Positions 25,659 to 37,170 of a DNA stretch of 64,000 bases are shown one piece after another. This DNA comes from Microthyrium microscopicum. Taxonomy: Eukaryota. The notes below the pieces were generated by a model. The model ran no database searches and was not told the origin of the DNA. It was given only the letters and a program-made list of their open reading frames with translations. The stretch is taken from assembly GCA_010405405.1 (NCBI GenBank), contig MU004238.1, forward strand, positions 1,809,530 to 1,873,529, in the 5' to 3' direction. The position numbers and the translations under genes are program-made. Each line of letters starts with the position of its first letter. The first letter of the stretch is position 1.

Positions 25659-26423
25659 ATGCATACCTTCTCTTTCGCCCAGCTCTTGACTGTTGGTCTT
25701 TTGGCTATTGCGCCAATCACTTCAGCCTATGTTGTTGATGGAGGAGAAACTGAAGAGCTATCTACCAAGAGATGGCTTGTAAGTACTACCAATCTCAAGT
25801 GACTCTGAGCCAAAATTGAGCAGTCTTAGGGAAGTCCATCTGTCCTTGTACGATCTGTCTTACAAGTTCGACATCACGCCGCTGCTAAAGGGTAAGTTGT
25901 ACTGTCTACACATCACAAAGCAAACCTAATCAAAACCAGGGCGGCTAAAAAAGGAAAGAAGGCAAAGAAGGCACAGAAAATTGCCCGTGCCATTGATCTC
26001 GTAGCGCGAGACCCTCATCACGCTGCTGCCAAGGGCGCGAAGAAAGGGAAGGGTGCGAAGCACGCTGCTCGCAGTGTTGAAGTCGAGGCCAGAGATCCTC
26101 ACCACGCTGCTGCCAAGGGAGCGAAAAAAGGGAAGGGCGCGAAGCACGCTGCTCGCAGTGTTGAAGTCGAGGCTAGAGACCCTCACCACGCTGCTGCCAA
26201 AGGCGCGAAAAAGGGAAAAGGAGCAAAGCACGCCGCTCGCAATGTTGAAGTCGAGGCCAGAGACCCTCATCACGCTGCTGCCAAGGGAGCCAAAAAGGGA
26301 AAGGGAGCAAAGCACGCCGCTCGCAGTGTTGAAGTCGAGGCCAGGGACCCTCATCACGCTGCTGCCAAAGGCGCGAAGAAGGGAAAGGGCGCAAAGAAAG
26401 GCACAGCAGCCAAAGCAGCATAG
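25659..26423 (+). CDS. Secreted tandem-repeat peptide precursor (KEP / candidate RiPP precursor), 221 aa
   Basis: Exons 25659-25778, 25830-25891 and 25940-26423 (GTAAGT donors; TAG and CAG acceptors) join in frame. Product: signal peptide MHTFSFAQLLTVGLLAIAPITSA, acidic pro-region ending LSTKR, WLGSPSVLVRSVLQVR-HHAAAKGAAKKGKKAKKAQKIAR-AIDLVAR, then 4x[DPHHAAAKGAKKGKGAKHAAR-(S/N)VEVEAR], then DPHHAAAKGAKKGKGAKKGTAAKAA*. Confidence 0.9.
26010..26420 (+). repeat. 84-bp coding tandem repeat (four full units plus a diverged fifth)
   Basis: Units start GA(C/T)CCTCA(C/T)CAC at 26010, 26094, 26178, 26262 and 26346. Confidence 0.97.
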
Positions 26424-26737
26424 ATGTTTAGTCGCCAAGAACATTTGAAGGAAATACCATGCAACCTCAACTGAAGCTCAAGTCGCAAACGAAGACAAAA
26501 GCTCACAGCTACTGCTCAAGAATCATCAGTCCGGTTGTAAGAGGTCGAAAAAGATCGATTTGGTGCTTTTTGCCAGTATCATACAACTGTATTTCTAGCG
26601 TAGTGTATCGTCACTGCAACCTTTTATGCCAATTCCAGCGCAAGTTTGGTGCTTACTTTATCTCTTTACTCTTTCAAACTTGATATCTTTGCTGTCCGTG
26701 TCTTTATTTCCAATAAATGTAAAGACTGGTGTTATTT

Positions 26738-28529
26738 CTAGCCACCATAAGTCGCTCCAGCTGCTGGCCTTCTGACCACACCCGGATCGTCTATTTTCAG
26801 AGTTTCGGAGCCATCTAGCCCTGAAAAAACAGCACCATATTGTACTCTTCGATGCCCAATTTCACCTAGGAGCGTCTGTGACGTCGAATTCGCATCCTGG
26901 CTGCGTAAAATTGGGGCTCCGAAGGCTCTCCCAACCTCAATCGGACTCAACGAAACAGCTCGCCCAAGCGACCACCAGCCGGCGAATATTGGTGCAACAC
27001 ATACCACAGCTAGAATCGTAACAGCTACCGCGCCTGACATGAAGGCATAATTTGAACGGAAAACCGTTACCACTTCCGACTGCTGAGCCATAATTTCTTG
27101 TATATCTGTGGAATTTGTAAGGTTTGCCGAGTGCAAAGCTGCCCGAAAGGCAAGTTCGCGAGCAGAATCAAGGACCTTATCTGTTGGGTCACTCCATGTG
27201 GTTGGACACTTCTGCGTAAGGCTGGAGTTGGTAGACTTGATGAAGCTGAATGCACCGCTCCCTTGGCTTGAATATTCCAAGCCAACAGCGCCACCAAAAC
27301 TCATGTGGACGCTTGAAGACCACTGTGTCGTTAAAGCCAGGAACATCCCGCCATGCGTTGTAGGCCCAGTGGCTCCTTGGGGAGCGGTGGTGGTGTAACG
27401 AATCAATCTGTCGAATTCATGATTGAAGTCCGGATCTAGAAAAGCGGAATCGTTTCGGAATAGCACTGGATATACCATGGTGGCTGGGCGGAGAGTACAA
27501 TTTTTGACCTCAAGTGTTCCATTGCAGGCGTCCGTTGTTTTATACACGCTATTGTATTTGATGGGAGCAGTTTGACTGTATTCATCATAAGCGAAAGAAA
27601 TGGAAAATATGTCGAAGCCGGTATAGTTGAAGGTTACGGAACCATTGCTTTCAAGATGAGCTACCGCGAAAGGTACAGTTGTAGAAATGCATAGCATCTG
27701 GTAGCCGGCGCCTTGTAAATTTGCTTTGCATGTCCCATGACAACCGCTATTCGAAACGTTGACCGGTGTCCCAGCATTATACTCAGTTAATACTGTACTG
27801 AAATTTGACGTAGGAAAGGATGCAATTCTCTGACAGTCTGTTAGTCATAGTGTAAGTACATTAAGGAAGTATTTGACAATGTTCTTCTCGGAACTAAGCA
27901 CGGAAAGAACTTACAACTCGGCCAGTGATGATTCCTGTCAATCCTTGAGCAAACTCTTGAGCAATAGGCACTCTCATCTTCATAGTCGAATTGACCAGCT
28001 TTGTGCCCACGGTCGAAGAGCGCTGTAGCAGTGGCCCGTTTATGGGCATGAGAGAAGCAGCGATGCCAGCGATTGCCATAATATTCAGTGCCGGTCCAGC
28101 GAGTAATGCTGCTCTAGACTGCGTCCCAAATGCCCAGATATTGCTCAATTCTGTCAATTGGGCTCCACGCGATGCCTTTACCCACCAAGCCACGGCCACA
28201 CCCTCTGAAAGCGATGCGCGAAGAAAGATGTTGGCACCCGCGGACGCGATAGCCAAGTACACAGAAGGTTGCACCACCCAGTTACTGACTGGAGATTCAT
28301 TCGAAGAGACAATAATTCCGACCATGACACCGGTACATGCAAAGGCAGTTAGAAGCGACAAAATCCCGGCCCAAGGCAATCGCCTCCAGAACCCAGTTTT
28401 CCATGGTGATGTGGCTTCGAGAGGTTGATATGATTGATTCTGCTTTCCATATAAAGAGTTTGTGGACTTGTTATCTTGCAGTGAATGTTGAAGGTGATCC
28501 CGCAACATGTACTCTTCATTCGAAGCCAT
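26738..28529 (-). CDS. Fungal membrane protein, DUF3176-like
   Basis: Two N-terminal TMs with PVSNW..QPSVYLAI...SLSEGVAVAWW, NGPLLQRSST, an N-glycosylation-rich luminal region, and a C-terminal TM followed by GWWSLGRAVSLSPIEVGRAFGAP. Confidence 0.7.
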
Positions 28530-29497
28530 ACGACAATATTCTCATCAGGAGAAACGGAAGACCACTCCTCTTCGTATAGTTTCTGAGTTCGAATAATACA
28601 GAAATGTGGAATTGCGAGAACAAATGAGTTTAATGATCTAAATAAGTAGTGGAACTACTGCTGATTTTATCGTTACTTACTACCCTACCCCGGGAAAAAT
28701 CACTAAGCCTATTTCTGCCTTGTATTTATGTCTATCCCGTGTATTTGCATACAATTCGACGATCATAGACGGTCTAACTGTTAGGCGAACCCCTGCGCCT
28801 ACTGTGAACCCGTAAGCTGACTATAAGATGACAGGGACACAAACCGCTAATGCCAATCTCATAGTAAGAACAGATAGGAAAGATTGTATATGGCAACGAT
28901 TCTTAAGCTTTGTCTTAGCATATTGGATGATATTGATTTGGGAGGATAGGTCTTGATATCTTCGAAATTGATTACAGCCACTCTTCTCCACGTTACGTTC
29001 CTCCCTTTAGGCGTACTTGTTTCATAGCCTTTCAAACGTTTTGAAACTAGGAACTGTCTATTTTTGGACCGACTTATTATTTGCATGGATATCCCAAGTT
29101 AAAGGTGCCTCTTTAATAGTCTAGATTTGCAAGAATATTCACACTGTCGTCCAGTCATAGAGTACCTAGAGGCTTCTACTACCACTATCCTGCGAAAACG
29201 TTGATTTCTACAACTACTACTGTTCATAAAAACTACTTTGGTTGCAAGAATTATTGTCTCAAACACAATTGTGGCAAAACACATAATAATTTACTCGATT
29301 ATCCCACCCTCCCATCGTTGAAGAGAAGACTTGATAATGAATATCACTAAATTACTCCATCTCGTAGAGTTTCAGTTCCAAACTAACATCTAAACAATGA
29401 CCGTCCCATCTCAACTAAGCAACGACAAGAAGATAATTCCCATTCCATAATGTATCCATACTAATACTCCCACACAGAAATCAACGCACCAAGTTTT

Positions 29498-30517
29498 CTA
29501 GCGACGGTTCCGAGTCTTTCGACGCTTCGGCCACCACGAACGTATTTCACGCTGAAACTCCTCCTCATTGTGTCCCTGCCCATCTATACGGCGCTCAATC
29601 GGTTCTGCTCTCATATCACTTGGAATCTCTCGCAAATTCTCCTATGATCTTCGCGGATTTTCGCGCCCGACTCGAGGTGTTCCTGTTCCTGCTCCTTCTG
29701 GCCACATTGGAGTGCCCTGTATTTGGCTTCGTAATGGATCGTGCAATACAGTATCTTCTTGAGGCGGTTGGAGGTGAAGACAGCGTTGGTGTTCCTTTGC
29801 CTGCTCTTTCAGATTCCAGTGATCAGATCGCTTTGACTGTTGATGTTGGGTAAGAGGGCCCTGGTAGAGGCCTAGTTCTTGAGGAGTTTGCTCAGGGGCA
29901 GCTGGTTCACCGGCGATTTCTTGAAAGGGAGGTGCTCTTGGTGAGAGGGGTTCGCTGGGCTCCAGGAAAGAACATGGGAGAAATTCGATCTGCTCGTTAT
30001 CAGGACCGGTATGGGCCAGCGTAACATCGTGCCCAGCTAGACCGGCTGCGATTTCTGCCAACGGAGCAGGTGGATCGAGGCGGGTGTTGTCTTCGGTTAT
30101 TTTTTCTTGACTGGGTGCTGGAAGAACTGTTCCTTGAGGAATGTTCCAGTTGATTGGTCTGTCAGATGCTAGTCGAATAGGGAGGACTGGAGAGTCGTCA
30201 ACTGGTGTTCGAGGCCTCTGCTGAATAGAACGGGTCCTAATAGGAAGAGAAAAGGTGAGTGGTGGTTGAGGTGCCTGCTGAATCGAACGGGTCCGAAATG
30301 GTAGAGAATAAGTGACTGGAGCAGGAGCAGATGATGTATCGATGGGATGAATATGCTCTACTGGTTCTGTAGTATGCCCATCTGATGCGTCATTCGAAAC
30401 CACAAACGATGGCTCCACAGGACTCGTCGAGTCAACTCGCTTGGGATCCATAGGCCCAGCCGAGTCCACTCGTATAGGAGGAGAAGAGCTGTAGGGTTTC
30501 TAGACCTGATCGGCCAT
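29498..30517 (-). pseudogene. Pro-rich hypothetical gene interrupted by two in-frame TAG codons (or a shorter intact 29642-30451 gene)
   Basis: One frame runs from ATG 30517 (MADQV*KPYSSSPPIRVDSAGPMDPKRVDSTSP) to TAG 29498, with internal TAGs at 30500-30502 and 29642-29644. It contains an internal duplication (T[YF]SLP[FI]RTRSIQQ x2). Confidence 0.45.
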
Positions 30518-31274
30518 GTCGTCCCAGTGAATGCTTGGTAGATATATTGAGCGATGGATGATAAGACTGCTCTACGAGCGAAGATGATGCTGTAAGTTTG
30601 AGACGGAGGGTCATAGAACGAATAAGAGGCTGTTCCTTAAATAGAATGTGAATCTGGAAGAGCAGATGACGATATTTACCAAGGAGAGCTTACCAGTCCA
30701 TGGGAAGGAGCGAGGTCTCTGGATAATTGGAAAGTGCGAGTAGATAATCGACAGGAAGAAGATGCCGAAATATAAATCTGGAAAGTGCGAAAGGATCCCA
30801 AAGAAAATGGACATAAAGTTTGGTTAGTGTCAACGATCTTGACCGTTAATTCATCATATTGAATTCACGGGTACCATTTTTGAAGTCGCCCACATATAGA
30901 TGCTAAGGCTAGCAATGTAAAGCACCAAAAGTTGGCCTCATAGGACTAGAACCATAAGTAACATCAGGAATTTCAAGGTATCAGGTCAATGGCTTCTCAA
31001 AATCGCTCAAAATATGCCAGTGACTTGATCCATTTACTCACCACACCATCACATTGAATACCGCATCGCGATACCAATCCCTGGAGAAAATCAACCAGAA
31101 AAACAACAAAAGGAAGTCAAGAAGAAACATTAGGATCTAATACTCTAGGAAGCCAATCTATAGACCACCTTGACCACGTATACAATCCGTCCATAACCAA
31201 TAGTTCTAATATCTAGGTTCTAGGTTCTAAGATCTAGAAGTCCCCCAACAGCCGCCCCTTTCTCACAGTGGTAC

Positions 31275-34200
31275 CTAGCGACCATTCCGATGCCCATTCG
31301 CCGGCACTCCAAAATAATCATCCTCCTCAGCGTCTTCCTCATCATCATCGTCTGCACCATCCGTGATTCCCAGCCCACTGCGTCCACCTCTTGAAGTGCC
31401 ATCACCAGCCTCAACCTCATCAGCAAAGTTCGTCGCCAACGCACCACCACCTGTATTGATGCGCAAAAGCTCGCCTTCCACATAGCTAGCCACGCGGCTA
31501 TCCTGCTCAGCCTTTTGGGCCAGCGCATCTGCGTCCCAGACACCGACTGAATTGACGCGACGGAGGCGGGCACGACGGATTTGCTCTACGTCTTCTTCAT
31601 CGTCGTCTTCATCTATTGATTCAGCACCAGCGTTTGAGATAGGCGGACGAGAGGAGACGGATGACTGTCGACGGCCGCCGAGATCGCGCGCGGTGGAGGA
31701 GCGGCGGAGTCGGCGAGGGCCGAACCCGGTTTTGGAGCGCTGAAGAATGTCGTCAAAGTAGTGAGCAGCGGCAGCGCCGGGGGTGGCGGGAGTTTGAGGA
31801 AGTTTGCAGTTGATGCTAAAAGGCATGTTAGTATAAGATGAAAAAGGGGAACCAGTGCGGACATACCCAGTATCATGGATGATCTTTGCTATGAGACCTG
31901 TCCATCCAGTCTGGTGAGTGGCGCCGAGACCGCGACCGGTGTCGCCGTCAAAGAATTCGTAGAACCATACACAGTCTCTCCAATTGGGGTCGAAATCGAC
32001 CATGTCGTTGCCGTTGTTGATAGGGCGGCGACCTTCGTTGTCTTGGAGGAATAGTCCAGTGAGACGATGCTGGATTTCTTCAGCAACCTGGCCAAGATGT
32101 TTTTCATCGCCAGAGCCGGTGGGGCATTCGACAGTAAGACTATTGCCGTAGAACATGTAGAAGCGTTGCAGAGATTCGACAATGAGGAAGTTGACTGCGA
32201 GCCATATTGGGCCACGCCAGTTGCTGTTTCCACCGAAAAGACCACTGTCAGAGTCGCCAGGTAGGTAAGCGACTTCAAACTTTTGGCCGTTGACAACCAT
32301 AGAGTAAGGATTGTCCTTGTGAAATTTTGATAGTGAGCGTATTCCATGATCCGCAAAGAATTCCTCCTCATCCAGCATGCGATGAAGAATTCTCCTCAGC
32401 TTGTTTTCGTCGCAAAGAGCGAGCAGCATTCGATCGCCTCGACCTTTTCGTTTGAGACTTGCTAGATTTCGGTCCGCAATTTCTTTGTTGTGTTCGATAA
32501 ACCACTGAACTCGCTTTTTGAACCATGGCAATCTGTCCATGACCTCCGGCTCCAGTGTACACGTTGCGTACAATGGAATAAGACCGACCAGAGACCGTAC
32601 CGGCATCTGAAGGCTCCAAGGGCCGCCCCATGAAATCGCATCATAGTAGAAACCATCTTCGTCGTTCCACAATGGTTTCGACTCGCCACCAGATCGATAT
32701 CGTAGTGCGTCGCTGATAAGAATGAAATGCTCAAAGAATTTTGATGCAATATCTTCGTATGTCCGTCTCCATTTGGCCAGTTCCAAAGAAATGTTCAACA
32801 TGCAAACACAATAGAAACCCATCCAGCCAGTGCTGTCAGCTTGTTCAAGAACACCTCCTGTAGGTAGAGGATCTGAGCGGTTGAAGATACCAATATTGTC
32901 GAGGCCTAAAAAGCCACCTTCAAAGACGTTTTTGCCATCAGAATCCTTCCGATTGACCCACCAAGTAAAGTTTATGAGTAGCTTAGTGAAGCATCGCTCT
33001 AGGAAATCCATATCTTCGACGCCGTACATTTTCCGCTCAATTTTGAATGTTCGGAAGACAGACCACGCATGGACTGGTGGATTGGTGTCACCAAAGTTCC
33101 ATTCATACGCAGGAAGTTGACCGTTGGGGTGCATGTACCATTCGCGAGTAAACAAGTCGAGCTGCTTCTTTGCAAATTCTGGATCAATCATAGCCAGAGG
33201 AATGCAGTGAAAAGCAGTGTCCCAAGCGGCAAAGAACGGGTATTCCCAGGAATCAGGCATGGAGAGAATATCGTCCAAATACATGTGCTTCCACTGCGCA
33301 TTTCGAATATTCTTGCGACTTTCGGGCGGAGGTGGCATACTAGGATCGCCATTCGCCCATTGATCCCAGATGAAATGGTAATATTGCTTGCACCAAAGCA
33401 TACCAGCAAAAGCTTGTCGTTGAATGTTTCGCATATCCTCGCTGATAGGCATAGGACTAATGCGAGCATAGAACTCATCTGCTTCTACCCGACGTTGCTC
33501 GATAATCTCATCGCAAAGTTCTTCGTCGACATATCCATCAGCATTTGGAGAGACTCGAAACCGGACGACAGCACATTCTCCTGGCTTGATACCCTCATCT
33601 TCGTCAAAAGCATACCAAGCTGCAAGTTTAGTACCGGTACCATTGGGATTCACGGCATTTTCTTCGTTGTCACAGATGTGTTTGTGGAAAGCATCCTTGA
33701 CATATTTTGTCTTGTTGTCTCCCCATCCTAGGGCTTCGTAATTGGTGTCATTGTCTGTGAATAGAAGAGTTGGTTCAATATCGTCGCTGTTTTCGCCAAC
33801 ACCAGGAGATGGTGAGAATTCTACATATCGTTCTCCAAGGTCGGGGTGGACAGCCTTGGCCAGTAGCTCAGATTCCTGATTTATTGATGGTTTTTTATCC
33901 GGAGCCTCCCGGCCCCATGCCCATGTGTTTCGGAACCAAGTTTGCGGTATAATATGAAGAGGAGCGGGCTTGTTTCCGCGATTCCAAGCCGTCACACGAA
34001 ATACGAGGGCCTCTGGATCATCGGCCTCTTTTGCAGTCTCGATGAATATATCCCAATATTCATCGTCTTCGAAAATGCCGGTATCTGTGATGTTGTATTC
34101 TTTATCGAGGCGACCGCGTCGAGCGTTTTCTTTGATGAGATCCTCGTAGGGAAATGCACGTTGAGGGTACTTGTAGAGGAATTTCATGTAGGAATGCTGC

Positions 34201-34830
34201 AATCTTTAGCTCTGATCACAGTAGACATTGATTAGAGTACATACCGATGGAACATTGTCAACGTGGAAGTGAGCTTCTTTGACAGATTCTCCGTGGTTTC
34301 CCTGCGGGTTGGACAAGCCAAATAGACGTTCCTTGAGGTGATCACTGCATCCAGATCAGCTACGTCCATCATAGTTTGAGCAAAGAGCCCTACTCTTTTC
34401 CGTTCCAGAAGGAGAAAGCAATGTTGAATCGACCGTGAGTATCGCAAACGCCGGCAATGCCATCCTCGCCCCAACGATAGGCTCGAACTCGAGATTGAGG
34501 ATAAGAAAAGTCTATCAAATTATCAATTGGGCTGTTTCTCTGATCGTAGTGGGGTGCATACGCTCCCAAGCATCACCGTCATGACTGCAGACGCGATATA
34601 TCAGTTATGGTCTCAAAAAGGTAGCTAGTCGATCAACTTACGAGTAATCTTCACGAACTGCAAAAGGTTAGCATTTTCCAGTCCCGATCATCAGGCGAGA
34701 GCTTACCAGTAGCCCATTGTCGTTCCGCAACGTAAGGACCGAATTTTTTCCAGTACTTTTCGCGTTTACGGTCTTGACGAAGGCGTTTTTCCTCTTCCGT
34801 CAGGAACTCGTGGTTGTCTACGAGCACCAT
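31275..34830 (-). CDS. Glycoside hydrolase family 63-like protein (MGH1 / YMR196W-like)
   Basis: WKKFGPYVAERQW, SMPDSWEYPFFAAWDTAFH, HPNGQLPAYEWNFGDTNPPVHAW, FEGGFLGLDNIG, GGNSNWRGPIW, YEFFDGDTGRGLGATHQTGWTG. Several small 5' exons. Confidence 0.9.
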
Positions 34831-35994
34831 GATGTGAAATGAAGAGGGGCAAGGAGCAGTGCGGAAAGAGAGAAAAGGCGAGAAGGTCTAGAAAACTAGC
34901 AGGATAAGAGGTGATGAAAAATAAGTGGAGATGCAGGTACAAGAATCAGGGTAATAGTGAGGATGAGAGCCGCAGCACGCTCAATGCAAGTGGACAATTG
35001 CAGCAAGATGGATGAAATGAGGAGGTTGAAGCTGGAGGAGAGTTTAGGGTATCATGTTTTGGAGGGGTGTGTCGATATTCAAGGCGTGTCTCATACGAGA
35101 TTTTTAAGTCGTCAGGAATTTGAAGGGCGAACAGAAGGAAGAAGGAAGTATGGAGATGGAGATGGTGTAGGTACCGGGCGGAACTTGAAGAAGGTACAGC
35201 TGCCGTGCTATCACCAACACTTTCGAGTGTAACTGCTACTTTTAAACTGTACTCTGGTATTGTGTATCTTTTTCAAGGTGTTAGGTGCAAGGTAGATCGA
35301 CGATGGAAGAAGGTGGCAGGCAAAAGGTCAAGCAGAGGCAGGGATAAACACAAGGCGGTCTGGCTTGGTATGGTCGAGACTGCTGGGCTGCATTGAACTA
35401 CTGCCGCCGCATATCATTTACAAGCATTGCAAGCATTGATAGTTCAAGAAATTTGGTGTTTTGTTGGAGCTTTGACTGCGTGGGATGCTGGAAGGTACAT
35501 TAATTTCGATCTTTCGACCTCAAGCTAACTTTGCATCCGCCACTATCTTGCAAGATTGCAAGACCTCATCTTCTGATTAACGTTACAAACACGAAGTCCA
35601 TGTTGTTTGGTTGTATCACATCTAATATTGGCCGAAAAGGAGCGGTATCGCAGCCGCAATGGGCATTATTTACAGCTAACAGAATCCGATACACGGCTTT
35701 TTGATATGGCAATTGAGAATTACATCATTGGCGCGTGCAACCGTTTCTAGCGTGCGTTGGAGCTCTAGTGCACCCCTCCCACGTTATACCCGCTTGCATG
35801 AACCACATATAGAGCAAGACCATTGGTACATGCCTTGAATTCGGTCCAGAAAACCACACAGCTACGTTGTCTGATAAGTTTCTTTTTATTCCCTCACCGT
35901 GTCTATCGTGCCTTTTCTTCTCCTTAACGGCAACACATAACTTTGCTTCACCAGGCCCAGCTGTTCAAACTGCTCGACTTCGTGGCTATTCTCA

Positions 35995-37028
35995 TTACCC
36001 TTCCACTGTGTCTAGCGTGCCTTTGCCAGTCGTAGAAGCCGGAACATAGCCTTGCTGAGCTCTCAACCTCTCCTCGAACTTCTGAAACTCCTGCATCGCA
36101 ACTTCCTCCTCCTGATCGAAAGCCTGTTGCACGCCTTGAACCTCTTCAATATAATGCATCTATACCCATTAGCAACCGCCATATCTAGCCAGACTTGAGG
36201 CGCAGAACTTACCAGCATACTCTCAATTCCATTCCTGAGCGTCACCGTACTCGAATCACAAGTCCGACACGCCCCCCTCAACTTCAAATAAACCTGTCCA
36301 TTCTCAAACCCACGAAACTCAATATCGCCCCCATCATCCTGAATCGCCGGCCTAATCCTCGTCTCCAGCAACTCCTTAATCATGCCCACGACTTCACTGT
36401 CATTCTCGTTATATGCCAAACTGTCTGCCTCTTCTTCTACGCCATCTTCGCTTTCTTTAATGGTGACCATTGGTTGCCCGCTCGTGACTGCTTCAGTGAT
36501 GAGACTGAATGCTTCCGGCTTGACGTGCGCCCATTGAGCACCGGCATCTTTGCTGATGGTGATGTAATCGCTGCCGAAGAACACGCCTGTTACACCGTCA
36601 ATGGCGAGTAGTTGGGCGGCGAGCGGGGAGGGGTAGGGTGGGGTGATTGTGGAGCGTGGTGAGAGGTATTCGACATATGGCGATGGGAAGGGGTCGGGGA
36701 GGACGCGCTGGTTGGGCTTGAATTTGAGGGCCTATATTGATGTCAGTACTCTGTTGCGGGTAAGCTCTACGATTGGAATAAGACGCACATCGGGATTTGG
36801 TGTGTCCTCTGTTTGTATGAAAAGCGTTCGCTTCTGAGGCTGACATATCGAGCTCGTTACAGGCCTAAGTTGTCGATATGATGGCCGTAGTGGATTGCTC
36901 GATGTTATATGGATTTGCCGCACTGCTGCTGGACATTGACAGGTTCGTACTGAGCGCGCGATGGCGGTGGAGGGTCGAATTGACCGGACTGATCTCGCGA
37001 CCGATTGTGAAAGCGACCTTGAAGCCAT
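35995..37028 (-). CDS. NFU1: Mitochondrial NifU-like Fe-S carrier
   Basis: Presequence, LFIQTEDTPNPD, IKELLETRIRPAIQDDGGDIEF and LRGACRTCDSSTVTLRNGIESML|MHYIEEV (CxxC). Confidence 0.95.
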
Positions 37029-37147
37029 GATGATCTATCTCTTGTTTTCCGAAGAACGGGAAAAAGATGTATGAAGACGAGATGTTTCGCTTGCTAAGCA
37101 TTCGATGGCAAAAGTTTAAGATCACGATCTAGGATGACGTTAGGCTC

Positions 37148-37170
37148 GATTAGATTAGATTAGATTAGAT
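37148..37170. repeat. Short (GATTA)n microsatellite
   Basis: gattagattagattagattagat, lying between the GFA 3' end and the NFU1 start. Confidence 0.7.

Noticed and set aside
26010..26420. CRISPR-like or transposon-derived array
   Set aside because: There are no unique spacers, the unit is a codon multiple under coding constraint, and the context is eukaryotic.
25926..26448. ORF-track repeat proteins 25926-26444 (-), 26053-26448 (+) and 26173-26421 (-)
   Set aside because: These are shadow frames of the 84-bp repeat. Substitutions are synonymous only in the DPHHAAAK frame, which also splices to the signal-peptide exon.
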